This document shows positions 36,139-48,100 of a stretch of 64,000 nt of DNA, piece by piece. Made by a program: the position numbers and the translations under genes. Position 1 is the first letter of the stretch. Each line of letters starts with the position of its first letter. The stretch lies in the NCBI GenBank assembly GCA_000708835.1, contig DF237211.1:50697-114696 (forward strand), in the 5' to 3' direction. Under the pieces are notes generated by a model. That model was given only the letters and a program-made list of their open reading frames with translations. It had not been told where the DNA came from and did not search any database. This DNA comes from Klebsormidium nitens. Its lineage: Eukaryota; Plantae; Klebsormidiophyceae.

Positions 36139-39100
36139 ATGGCTTATAGCCAGGTGTCGATGACTAGCTTTGCCTGCCCCGGAGCACAATTTCTTGGCGT
36201 CCACTCAGTTGGCTCCTCTGTGTCTCACATGCACAGCATTGCTCAACCCGCAACTCTCTGCCTTCTCAAAGCTCACCAGCGATGGGCTCGTAATAACCCT
36301 TGTGACCAGCTTACAGGACGAACGGTGCCACTGAGTGCCAATGAGGGGCTCGAGCGCCGTGCCGGGGCGCTGCGCTTGGCTCTGGCAAGAAGCAGTAGAA
36401 TCCCAAGCTCAAACTGCCAATCAGAGAAGAAGCGGCCGCCAAGTGCGATGCTGGCGACGGAGCAGAAAGAGAGCGGTGAGGAACGCCGTACGGAGAATGT
36501 GGGGGCTGCTCGCGAGGCAGAGGAGGAGCGCCGGCTGAGGTCATCGGAGGGCGGGGCAATAGCGGGGATACCTCGACATGAATGGGTCAGGTGAGCAAAC
36601 AGAGAATGGAAGTTTTGAAAAGGGTGGTGTAACAGTCAGGGACGAAAGCTGTTTTTCTGTCCATCGGGCTCAGCGGCGACCTTTTTTCGATGGTGGGGTG
36701 GTTGCGAAGCCCGCCTGCCCAGGCGGGATGTCCTGACGTCTTAGGCTCTTTTGTAAGATTGAAGTTTTGGCATCCCTGCCTTTCTGAGGTGGTGTCTCCT
36801 GTAGACTCCCCCTTTTGGCTCCTGACACAAACTTGTGCACCTGCACTGGTGGTGCCGCAAGAAGACAACTCCAGTGCATGATAGAAGGCACTGCCATCCT
36901 TTTCCTTTTTACCTCACTAACCAGATGCAACCTTTAGTTTCCACCTCTCCAGCCTTCCCCAGAAGGCGCGCCCGATCTTAATACTTACTCTGCCCAAAAC
37001 ATTCGGAGGGCGCCCGTTGGTTCACACCTCACGAATCATCCAGACTGGTGTGGAAGCGCAGCTGTCAGTTCCATGCCTCAATGACATTCACCAGGTCCTT
37101 CTTTCAAGAAGTCACCCAATACACTCAGCCAGTCAGTCAGACAAACTCTCTCGGCCCCTTACATAAAATGGCCCCCTTTTCACTTCCCCCCAGCATTCAA
37201 AAGCCGACGCGGTACCTGGGCAACGAGTTCGGTGCGGTGCACAAGGAGTGGGCGAGCGCGCGTGTGCGCTTCTCGCTGACCTACCCGGAGGAGTACGAGA
37301 TTGGGGCGTCCAACATGGGCCACGTCATGCTGTACACGCTGCTCAATGATCAGCCGCACATGCTCTGCGACCGCAGCTACATGCCAGGGACCGATCTTGC
37401 ACTCCTCCTCAAGTGAGCTTACTACGTTCGCCGACAGGTTTTTGGTGAAATGTGCGAATGAGACAACCCATGTGAGAAGACGACGGTTTTCAGATTCAGT
37501 ACGGATGAGAGTGGAAGTTCAGTCTCTTTAAGTTCCCCCTGAAGTGGACTTACACCGGTTTGAATGAAATCGAGACCCTCGACGAGTGTGGACATGTCCC
37601 TGATTTGGGATTCACAAACGGAGACGAGGTTTCGTGCAGGTCTTTGCACAGAGGTAAAGACTCCGGACGACAAGGCAATTGGCCGCTTCTGCAACCAGTC
37701 AACCATTGCAGAACATTGCCTATATTTTCCTTCGTCATGCCGCATCTCTGCTCGATAAAGACTCGAATGCAACCTAAGCTACATAATCCATTGAGCACAG
37801 TGCTCTTGATCCGACCCCACCAATCCGTTCCCCTCGTCTCACCAGACCCCTGGCATCATCGACCCCCGTCAATTCACCATTCACCCTGCTCCCACAGGAA
37901 GTACCAGCTTCCCCTCTTTGCTGTGGAGTCAAAGCGCTCCCTGGCCGACTTCGACGCACTCGGGTTCAGCCTGGCGTACGAGCTGGGGGCGACGAACATC
38001 CTCGAGATGTTGGCGCTATCGGGGATCCCCATCAGTTGGAAAGAGCGCCAGGCCAGCGCCGACGGCAAGTGGGACGTCGAGGGCGGCAGCTGGCCGCTCA
38101 TCTTTGCGGGTGAGGTGCCACAAGTGAATCGACAATGCTCAAATCTCAGAGCCGCTTGCACATCGAGATTCGTAGGGACCTGCTGGTTTGCCGTGGACAG
38201 GGTACCACTGCCGAAGTGTCCTCCTGACAGAATGCGTGGAAGGAGAACGTGGACCAAATTCGCACTTTCGGAACCCTACCACAATGTAGTACCCTTTCCA
38301 GCGCGCAGTCCGGTTCGAGGTCCTGACTCCTAGAAACTGCACTGGCTGCATAGCTGGTACGGTGTACCGAGGTACAGTCGCTAGCGGCCGTAGTGCGGCA
38401 CCGGGTCGACACGCGGTCCGGTACAGTCTCCGGAGCTATCGATGATCCCCGGCCAATACTATTGTTCAGGGTACAAAACGGTGATGGGTTTCCGAAAGGT
38501 CCGAATTTGGTCCACGTTCTCCTTCCACGGGTTCTGACAGCTCTTCCGCAGCCTCGAAGCCAAGAAGCCGTCTCACTTCTGTGCAAGTCTCGCCGGCTCC
38601 GCTTCTTACTTCGGAGCTACAAAACCTTCTCGTGCTCCAGTACGAGATCTCAGACTTCCCTTCCGCATTCCGTTCTGCTTCGTGCTTTCCTCTTACCTCC
38701 TTCGACGCAAGACCTCGGATTTTTGCACGCCCCTCTCGCCGATTGGCACCGCCGTTCTTTTCAGCGCCAATCGCACTCAATTCACAAATCGTCCATCGGC
38801 CCTCTCATTCTCGACGTATCCTCCTCAGGCGGCCCCACTGCCACGTCCAACCCGGAGCCCTTCGCCGACTTCTTCGACTTCTTCGCTCTGGGCGACGGCG
38901 AAGAGTGCCTCCCGGAGATTGGCCGGTGCCTGGACACATGTAAGGCGGAGGGTCTCTCCCGCGACGCCACGCTCTTCCGGCTCTGCACCACGGTGCGAGG
39001 GGTGTACGTGCCGCAGTTCTACGAACGGCTCGAGGGGTGAGCACATCAGGCTGAAGCAGAAGAGAGTTTCTTGTTCGAAAATCTGGTGCATAGATAATCT

Positions 39101-42100
39101 GGTCAGGTTTTTCCGTGATGAGATCGGTTGTTGTACTTGAGTGACGAACGGCAGGCTGCTGGCACTATGGTGGGAAGTCGTAAATACCGCAGTGTACGAG
39201 CGCTTCAATATTTGAGCAGCTTGCCAGCTGCGAGCCGGAGAGTTGGGTTGCTCCACGTTCGTAGGCTGAAAGCGATGTGAGATTTCTGCTTTTGTTTTTC
39301 CACAATGCTGGGCAAAAAAAAACATTCCACGTACGCGTCGGTTTTGAGGTCACGAGCGGTCGGCTTGACGATTGGGATCGGTCAACGTACACAAGAAGTC
39401 ATTGACTTATATCTTGAATTCTACGCTCGCAGCTTAACGCTCAAGCATTCAAAGAAAGGGTTCCGCTCATATTCCGCTGTACCTGTGCCGCAGCTTCGGC
39501 GGCGCTGTCTTTCCCATCCGAGAGGGCGTTCCCGAGCGGATACTGCGACGAGTGGCGGCTCCAAATCCGTTCGTGCAGATCGGGCTGGTGCCGTATGTAG
39601 AAACGATTCACGACCGGCTGACGGTCGAAATCAGGAGGTGAGCTGTTACCGTTCTTTGGCGTTTTTTCGAATGCGGTTCTTTGTGTCGACTTACTGCTGC
39701 GCAGAAGATAAGAAAACAGAGTTTCGAAAAGAAGGCGAATCGAAACGATGGACAGGTTTTAACAAGGTCAGCCTGACCCGGTGACACTCTGGCACTGCTC
39801 CCCACTCCCGGTCGAGCGCCCCTAGTTTTGAGTGTCTCCCGAGCACTGGCACAGGATGCGTTCACATCGCGGTTCAGGATACGATTGTTGTTTGATTTGC
39901 CCTTGCTTCCTTTGGATCATACCGGCGTTTTGTCTGGCCCACCATCGTCTCTCAGCCCGGTAATTTATATCGAACTCCTTTACACGTTCTCAACCAATCT
40001 TACAACCCATCATAACACTTTCTTTCACCCGGGGTTGTGGCTCTCGAAACAATTTGTAGCCCGAAAGTTGGACCCGCTTCCAAGTCCGTCTTCCGCTTAT
40101 CCTTGCCGCCTCATTAACCGACATCGATGCGCCAACGCTCCCAAAAATGGCACCCGGGGACTGCCGCTTTTAACCCAGCGTTTGACTTGCATACAAACTC
40201 ATCTTCGAATGCTCTTAGCCCACACTGTAATCTGTAATCTGCGTGTCTCCCGCCCCGGGGTTGCACCCGGGCTGCCGCTTCTGATTAGATTCTGGACTCG
40301 CAGGCACGCTCCTTTTTCCTTTACCCACATCTCAAACCCCGCCCCGGAAAGACGAATACAACTTGAAAGCTTTAACCCGCTCAGTAACCCGCACTCTAAC
40401 CCCGCCCCAGGGGGTGCACCCGGGGCGGCCGCTTCTGCCAGCCAACCGTGCCTGAGTCTATTGATTCACTCACAGCTTTTTTCCCAAATCTCTTAACCTG
40501 CACCCTCACCCGCGCCGTTCCCGCCCAAGAGATTAGACGTGTGGCTGCCGCTTACAAACAAATTCTTCAAAATCCACTCAACCCGCCTTTCTAACCCGCA
40601 CGCTAACCCGCCCCAGGGGGTGCACCCGGGGCTGCCGGTTCTGCCAGCCCGGCATGCTGACCCGCCCCGCCCGAGACGTCCCCCCCGAGGACGTCGTCCA
40701 GGCGGTGGAGGAGGGCATGCGCCGCACCGGCTACAACGAGTTCTCGCTCCTCTCGCTCTCCTGCTCCGATTACCTCGCGCTGCCCGCCGTCGGCCTCGAG
40801 GTGCGCTTCCGAGGCGTGTTACGGGCTGTTTGGGTTTGGAGCAACGGTTCAACTTTTTCGCTTTAGATTGGTGGGCTTGGGTGAAACGGTTCGAACTCCG
40901 GGTTGTCAATGAAGGTCTAAACTTCCTGTCCCTAGCATTGGGCAGTTGGCTTCAACGCAGCTTGATGCTTGCGCCATTTTAGGTATGCTTCGCTTCCAGG
41001 CATGGCGCAAGGAACGAAGGCTTTCCCTCAGCCGGGGCACCCAAGTGTTCCGACAGCACAACAAGCAAAATCATGAACTCCTCGGGAAAATAAAACCAGG
41101 AAAAGCCCAACTTAACAAGCAAAACGTATGACGAGAGGACGCCTCCTGGAACTCCGTGTTTCAGATCAAGGACTTCTGAAACTGAACATCAGGAGAATCA
41201 AGGCGGTTTGGAACTGTGTGTCTCAGATCAAGAACCGGCTGAAGGACGACGCGGTGACGCTGGCGCTGCCGAGCCAGCGCGTGGACCGCTTCGACGACAA
41301 CATTGCCAACATCGTGGGGGGAACACGCACCACGGGGCTCACCTTCGCGCCCGAGGGGGGGACGCAGCGCATGCGTGACATCATCAACAAGGTGTGAAGG
41401 ATCGGAGTCTCTCCATAAATCTTGAGAAGGATTGGTTGAGCTGAGATGATAGACCAAGCTGAGATAGTCATATGGTCACTGCGCTGGACAGGTAGGATTA
41501 GTTTGGCTTTTTTGGTGGGAGGGTTTGGAGCAGGTAAGTCTCCGGGTTAAAAATTTTCGGTGTTAGCCGTGGCTTGTTGTTGCCTTTGCTGTGCTAGCCG
41601 TGGCTTGTTGTTGCCTTCGCTTGTCAATTTCTTTCCTGAGAATGGTCATTATTTTCAGGGGGATTGGGGGGTGGCCGCTACGGTTCATGGTCACGGCTAC
41701 TGCTTCCTGGGCAAGACATGGAGAGGATCCAACGAGACGCAGTCAGTAGCACGCTGGCTCTCGCGCCGCTGCCCATGTCGGATACGCCGGAGCTCACTTC
41801 AGGCCTCGGTGTCTGACGGTCGGTCGGCCTCGGTTGCTTCTAATGACTCTTCTCGATGTTCCGTTCTACAAGGGCTGCTAAGAACCCCTTACGATTGCTG
41901 AAAGGCTCCATATCCGAGCGGGCAACTCGCCGCACTACTGCGATACTCGCAGTACGTAAACCTCCAAACATCCCGCCAGAGTTTGAGACCGACCCCTTTG
42001 AAAATCTTCGTTTTCTCCGACACAGGGCCTGACGAACGAGGAGCTGCTGCGGGGCGTCAAGACGGCGTGGGACCGCGGGTGGAAGCAGGTCAAGCTGTAC

Positions 42101-45100
42101 TTCATGATCGGGCTGCCGGGCGAGACGGACGCTGACGTCATCGGGATCGCCGAGACGGTGCAGGTGAGGCGGCGGTTCGAGCGGGCGGCCTGAAGCGGTT
42201 TGCGCTTCCTTTGTTGATTCACCCAGTCTTGTGAGTGGGTCGTCGCCGAGCTCCGGTGTCGTGTGAGCCGGAGAGACTGTGCTTGCCGGAGGCGGCGCAT
42301 TCATCTACAGGACCATGACGAAGAGTCTGGGACGAATCTTACATTTTTGCTTCTACCGAAATGCATCTCCATACTTTGCTCTACAGTGGCTTCGATCCCA
42401 GTGCCGCGACCGCAGCACCGCAACTCCGTTCAGCAAGTCTTCAAACCCCCAACCTCACTCTAAGACCAAACAACATAACGACAATTCTAACCTTTGCTTC
42501 CGCTCTTCCGTTTTGCAGTGGCTGCAGTCCCAGTGCCGCGACCGCAACGGCACCGCAATGTCGTTCAAGCTGACGGTGTCCAGCTTCACGCCCAAGCCGC
42601 ACACGCCCTTCCAATGGCACAGCCAGAGCACGGACGAGCTGCGGCGGAAGCAGGGCCTGCTGAAAGCCGCGCTGCGAGACACGCGCGGGATCAGCGTCAA
42701 CTACTCGACAATAGAGCTGTCGGCCATGGAGGACTTCATCAGCAGAGGGGACAGGCGGTGAGTGAATCTGATGCTTGAGAGACTCGGGTCCCTTGACCTC
42801 GCACCCAAGATGCTGTTTTCGACAGAGTGTTCGATAGTTCCCACAAAAGTCGGGGGTAAGGTATATTGTCAATTTCCGTACATTTCGCAGCGAATGCGTT
42901 GCAGACTGGCTGTGCAACATCTCGGGTGCGAGTCTAAGGTGCCCGAGAAAGGGAAGGGACAACTATGTTTCTGGGGAGGAAAGTTGATTGAGGAGAGTTC
43001 TCTTGGCAGGAGGCACGGGCGGCGGGCGGTCCTAAGTTCTAGGGGAGGGGTGCGTGTATGGTGCGTATCAACTGGGGCAGAGGAGTTTGGCCGAGCCGTT
43101 GTGATAGTGGGCTTCGTCAGCAGAGAGCCGACGAGGTGTTTGGTTGTTGAGGTTCGTAAAAAGGTTGCACCTTCAATGGGATTAACTTTTAAAGCGGCTG
43201 AAAACCCTCGGGCTCCCGGTTTGCTCATCGGGTTTGCCTAAACGACAATGCAACTGATATTGAGACGTGAACAAGTATCGACCTCTTCGCTCGTTCTTGT
43301 CCCCGTAGGATCTGCGCGTGGCTATTTGACCCGCTCACTTCACAAGGATCTTAGGACATGGACGAGCTCTCAACCGTAAATATCGCTTAGGCCCCTTGTT
43401 CCTCACCGCAGGATTGGCGCGGTGATCCGGCGCGCGTGGGAGCTGGGCGCTCGCAACGACGGGTGGTGGATGGAGTACGAGAGCTGCTACAAAAAGTGGG
43501 GGCAGGCGATCAAGGACGCGGGGATGGACTGGAAGTATCGCCAGGCAAGGCTGCCGAGCAGCATGCATTTTTTTTCCTTCGACGTCGAAGAAACCAGGTC
43601 TGGACTGCTTCTTCTCGGCCGAGCTTTCAAAGCCACCGTGGTGTCGGCGCATAATCCCAGTTATTGATGCAACCCACCCGAGAGAATATTTCGATCCGGT
43701 GTCCTTGACAGTGCCGTGCAAGTGTCACCTGGATCATTTTTCGTCCAGCTCTCAGACTCTGTAAAACTCCCCGGTTCGGACAACCCCGTTCCGACAAACA
43801 AATGCTCCTGTCCCTGCCTAGTTCTTGACCTGGCTGAACAAGCCCGGATGCCACGTGTCATCTCGTCAACTGCTCTGGAAACGGCTTTGATGCTATCCTC
43901 AAGGTAATAGCACGCGAGTGAAATCGGATTTTGCGTGCCGTCTCCTCACGAACAATCTGTATTGAATGACTGTGGTCGTCTCCCTGTTCGGTTGAAGCAG
44001 GCAAATGAAGTGTGCCGGGATGCCAGGTGTAATCTCCTCATGACCATCACTTATCGGACAGCTGTGGTGGTCTTGTACGTTGAAGCAGGCGAATAGAAGG
44101 TGTCCTGATGCCACGCGTCGTCTCCCCACAAACACTACTAATCGAGTGGTTCTTGTGCTCTCCCTGTAGGTAGAAGCGGGAAATCGAAACGTGCCCTGAT
44201 GCCACGTGTCGTCTCCACACAAACACTGCTTATCACGTGCTTCTTGTGCTCTCCCGGCAGGTAGAAGCGGGCGAATGGAACGTGCTGGAGAAGCTGGGCG
44301 ACGGGCAGTACCGGGGCCAGGGCGGGGGGGGAAAAGGCCGCCTGGACCGGGGCCCCCTGGCGGACCCGCGACTGGACATGCCGCTGCCCTGGGACATCGT
44401 CGATGTGAGTCCCTTAACCTGCGCGACTCTGTCTTGCCGAAACTCCCAAGATTCTGAGGCTCGACAAAAGGTTCAGGGTTTTTCTACAAGTGGGGAAGCC
44501 TGTTGAGAGGAAGGGCGAAAAAACGAAATTGTGTTCAGCCCTGGGACATCGTCGAAGTCAGCCCTTGAATTGCCCAGAGGCTTAGTGACAGATTTTCCAA
44601 ACATCTTCAGAAGAGAGAGTAAATCTGTTGAGACGAAGGAGGGAGGGCGGGGGGCAAGGAGACTGTCATCTGCTTGGGGAACCGTCGATGTAAGCTCCCT
44701 GACCTGCGCCGGTGTGGCTCAAACCTTCACGGGATCATCCTAAAAGTAGCTAAAAATGTCGAAGTGAAGTGATGACAACAGAGATCGGGCCCCGTGGTGA
44801 AAGAGCGTTGAGATTTCTCAAAGTTCGGCGCTGACCTGACCGTTTTCCGAGCCACTTCCAATCATACTGCGTGTCATCCCCGTCGTTTCAAAACTCTTTT
44901 AACATTCCAGTACACTACAGTCTATCTGTGTTTCTTCAGTCGGTTAGGAGTTTGGGCTCCATGCTTGCAATCTATCTGCATGTGTTTTCTTGGGGTTCTC
45001 CACCTTTAGTATCTCGACGCTCACTTTCTCCGTGCAGACGGGCATCACCAAGTGGTGGCTCAAGACCGACCTGCAGCGCGCGCTCGAGGCCGCCACGGTG

Positions 45101-48100
45101 CCCGACTGCTCGCACAGGTGGGCCAGCTCCTCGCCTCCGTGATTTGCCACGTGGCGCTCTCCTGGCGTTGCAGGCAGCTTTTCCAAAGCCATGTGGCCAT
45201 TCCCTGAATCCGGAGGCGAACAACTTTTTTGGATGTTAACAACCATGCTTTTGCTACAAGCGGCTCTGCCACGTGCTAGTCCGTATTGTACGCATTTCTT
45301 CGGGAGATTGCGAGTAAGCATGACAGTAGCCGGCCGTTCGAAACCGACGTCAGTCGTGCGTCCGGCTCTTGAGCATGACGCTACCCCTATCCTCCACTTG
45401 AGATTTGAAGTTGGATTTCCCAAAACAGAGGAGCGGATGAAGATGAGTTTGCTTTTGGCTCGATCAGCCCCCTCACCTGTCCACCTGAAGTAAGGTATCG
45501 TGCAAGAGCATGAGCGCTCTTACTTGGCGACTGACAGCCCTCCGGTCGCACTAAGTTAATGTTTGGAGACGTTAACCAGTTTCGGCTGTCCCCTGCAGCG
45601 GCCTCTGTTCCGAGTGCGGTGTTTGCGGTGACGAGTTCGGTGAAAACGGTGAGCACTCATATCTCCAGCTAGAACGCATCTGCCACCTTTCGTAACCACA
45701 TCAACTGCTCTTATCTGATTGCTCTAGGCTCTTTTAGCAAGTTCCTGGGTCTCCTCTCTGCCCGCCCCCTTTCAGTCGATTCATTACCGCAATAAACCCA
45801 ACCAGCTGTCGCCTGTGCAACCGGTCGACTCGACGAGCGAAGGAGTCGAAGCCTCCTTTGTACGAAAAGATTGTCAACCGGCATAAATGTCACTCTTTGA
45901 CTTGTAAGCCGCGCCGGCTCGTACTGACCCCCGTGCCGCCAGTCTCGTCCCTTACGTCGCTTCACGTCCCTTTCCTCTCCAGTCGTAGCGGAGGTGCCTC
46001 CCATTCCCGCCTACGAGGGCCATCAAAAGCCCAACTCCGACAGGATACAGGTAAGACTTCCGCTGTCAGATCTTCGCTTTCCTCTATTCTGATACAGGCA
46101 GATATTGTGGCATCTCAACATTTCCTTCTACGGGAGGGACTTTCTTCAGGAGCTATATGACCGCCCCCGCACCCAAGGTCGGTCCGAAAACGGCTTTGGC
46201 AAACATTCATGTTGTGCTCCAGCTGCGCCGCCGCATCCCCACGCAGCCTCCTCCCAACCTCTTCATTCGCTTCATTATCCGTTGTCATCGTCTAACCGAC
46301 TCGCAACTCTCTTTATAAGTTCCTCTTTGCGATTCGTTTTTTTGTCAAGTCTCTCGTCATTCTCGTGACCAGTCGAGGCCCTGTTCCTGTCCAATCTCAC
46401 GAAAGCTTTTGTTAAAGTTCGGAACAAAAAGGTGACCGCACTGGATCTGGGAGGGGTGCGGGACAGGTAGTTTGACGAGTAAACGTCATCCGTCTTTGTC
46501 GTTTTGTCATCTTGGCTCAATCCTTAAGCTCGTTTCTGACTATTCTCCCCATTTTTCACCCGTTTTTTGCCAGCGGCTGCGCGTGCGCTACGGCAAGCTG
46601 GGCACTATGGTGTACGTGGGCCACCTGGACCTGCAGAAGCTGTTCGAGCGGGCCCTCCGCCGCGCCGCGGTCCCCGTCAGCTACGACTCCGGCTTCCACG
46701 CCCTGCCCCGCATCGCCATCGCCAAGGCGCTGCAGCTGGGGGCCAGCAGCACCGCTGAGGTAAACAGGGACATGATTTTGACTTTTCCAAGTTTCGGAGT
46801 TTGGCTTGTTTGGTTTTAGATTGTAGTGGTTCGATTTCGGGGTTTTCACGCCCCGCCGCACATGCCATCGCCAAGGCGCTGCAGTTAGGCGCTAGCAGCA
46901 CCGCAGAGGTAAGTCGAATAAAGTTTTGGCGTTTGCAAGTTTTGAGGTTTCGGTTGTTTGGTTTTGGGTTTCCGAGAAAGGCTTTCCAGACCCTATCTTG
47001 CATCGCCATCGCCAAGGCGCTGCAGTTAGGCGCCAGTAGCACCGTAGAGGTACTTGACGACCAGATCTTGTTTCACGTTTTAGTGTTGCCGGGGGTTTGA
47101 GTTTTGAGGTTTGGTTTTGGGGTTATGATTTCGGCTTCCACGCCCTGCCGCGCATCGCCATCGCCAAGGCGCTGCAGCTCGGAGCCAGCAGCACCGCAGA
47201 GGTAAGCAGGGACAGGATTTTGGTTTCTGAAGTTCCGGGGTTTGGCTTGTTCGGTTTTGACTAATGGCTTTGATTTTCTACACCGTGCCGTGCATCGCCC
47301 TCGCCGAGGTGTTGTAGCTGGGCGCCAGCAGCACCGCGGACCTCAGCGGTGCCTGATACTGAATGTTGAGATTATTTTTAATGTGTTCGGTAGTTGGACT
47401 CACATCTTTGGGTACAGGAACCTCAGCGTTTTTACGTTCCCAGGCTTTGCTGCGCGCTGCCTGTGCGAAGACGTTTTAGCTAGGATTCAGTGCGCCGCCG
47501 AGATTAATGGCACCTGGATTGAGGAGTTGGGCTTTTGGTGTAGTGGGTAATCCAATTACCAAGGAATGGAGCTTTGCAGGTTTGAAAGTTTCAGGTTCTA
47601 AGTCTGCTGTTCGTGGGTTTGCCAGTCGCCGGAACTCGCGAGAGCAGAAGCAACTTCGACTGATTGCGTCGACTGCGAATCAGTGTTCCAATGAAAGCAA
47701 TTGGCGATTCAATTACAACGGCGATCCTGTTACAACTCCACATACAACTTTGGATATTTACCGGGTTTGTGGACTGCACTCTCAAGTCATGTCCAACTGG
47801 ATCTATGTACGTCCTAGTCTCAGTGGGGAAATACGTCCGCAAGCTTCTCTCCGTGCTACTGACCCAACTTTCGCTTGCACACAATCATCCTCTGACGCTC
47901 CGATTTCCATTCAGATCGTCGACATCGAGCTCTACCGGACCACCTCCCCGGCAGAGTTCAGGGAAAAGCTGGAGGCTCAGGTCGGTTGCCGCCTTCCTCA
48001 CTATCTTAAGCTTTTGCACCTGTTGGGAACGCTTTGTCAGGCCAGCGTGGACCAAGAAGTATGTATCCGGTACGCACACCAAGCTGGTGCGAAAGTTTAC

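Noticed and set aside
46688-47342. Repeat-spacer pattern superficially like a CRISPR array
   Set aside because: The repeats are copies of a coding exon end with its GT donor, the 'spacers' are homologous to each other, and there are no cas genes in this eukaryotic context.
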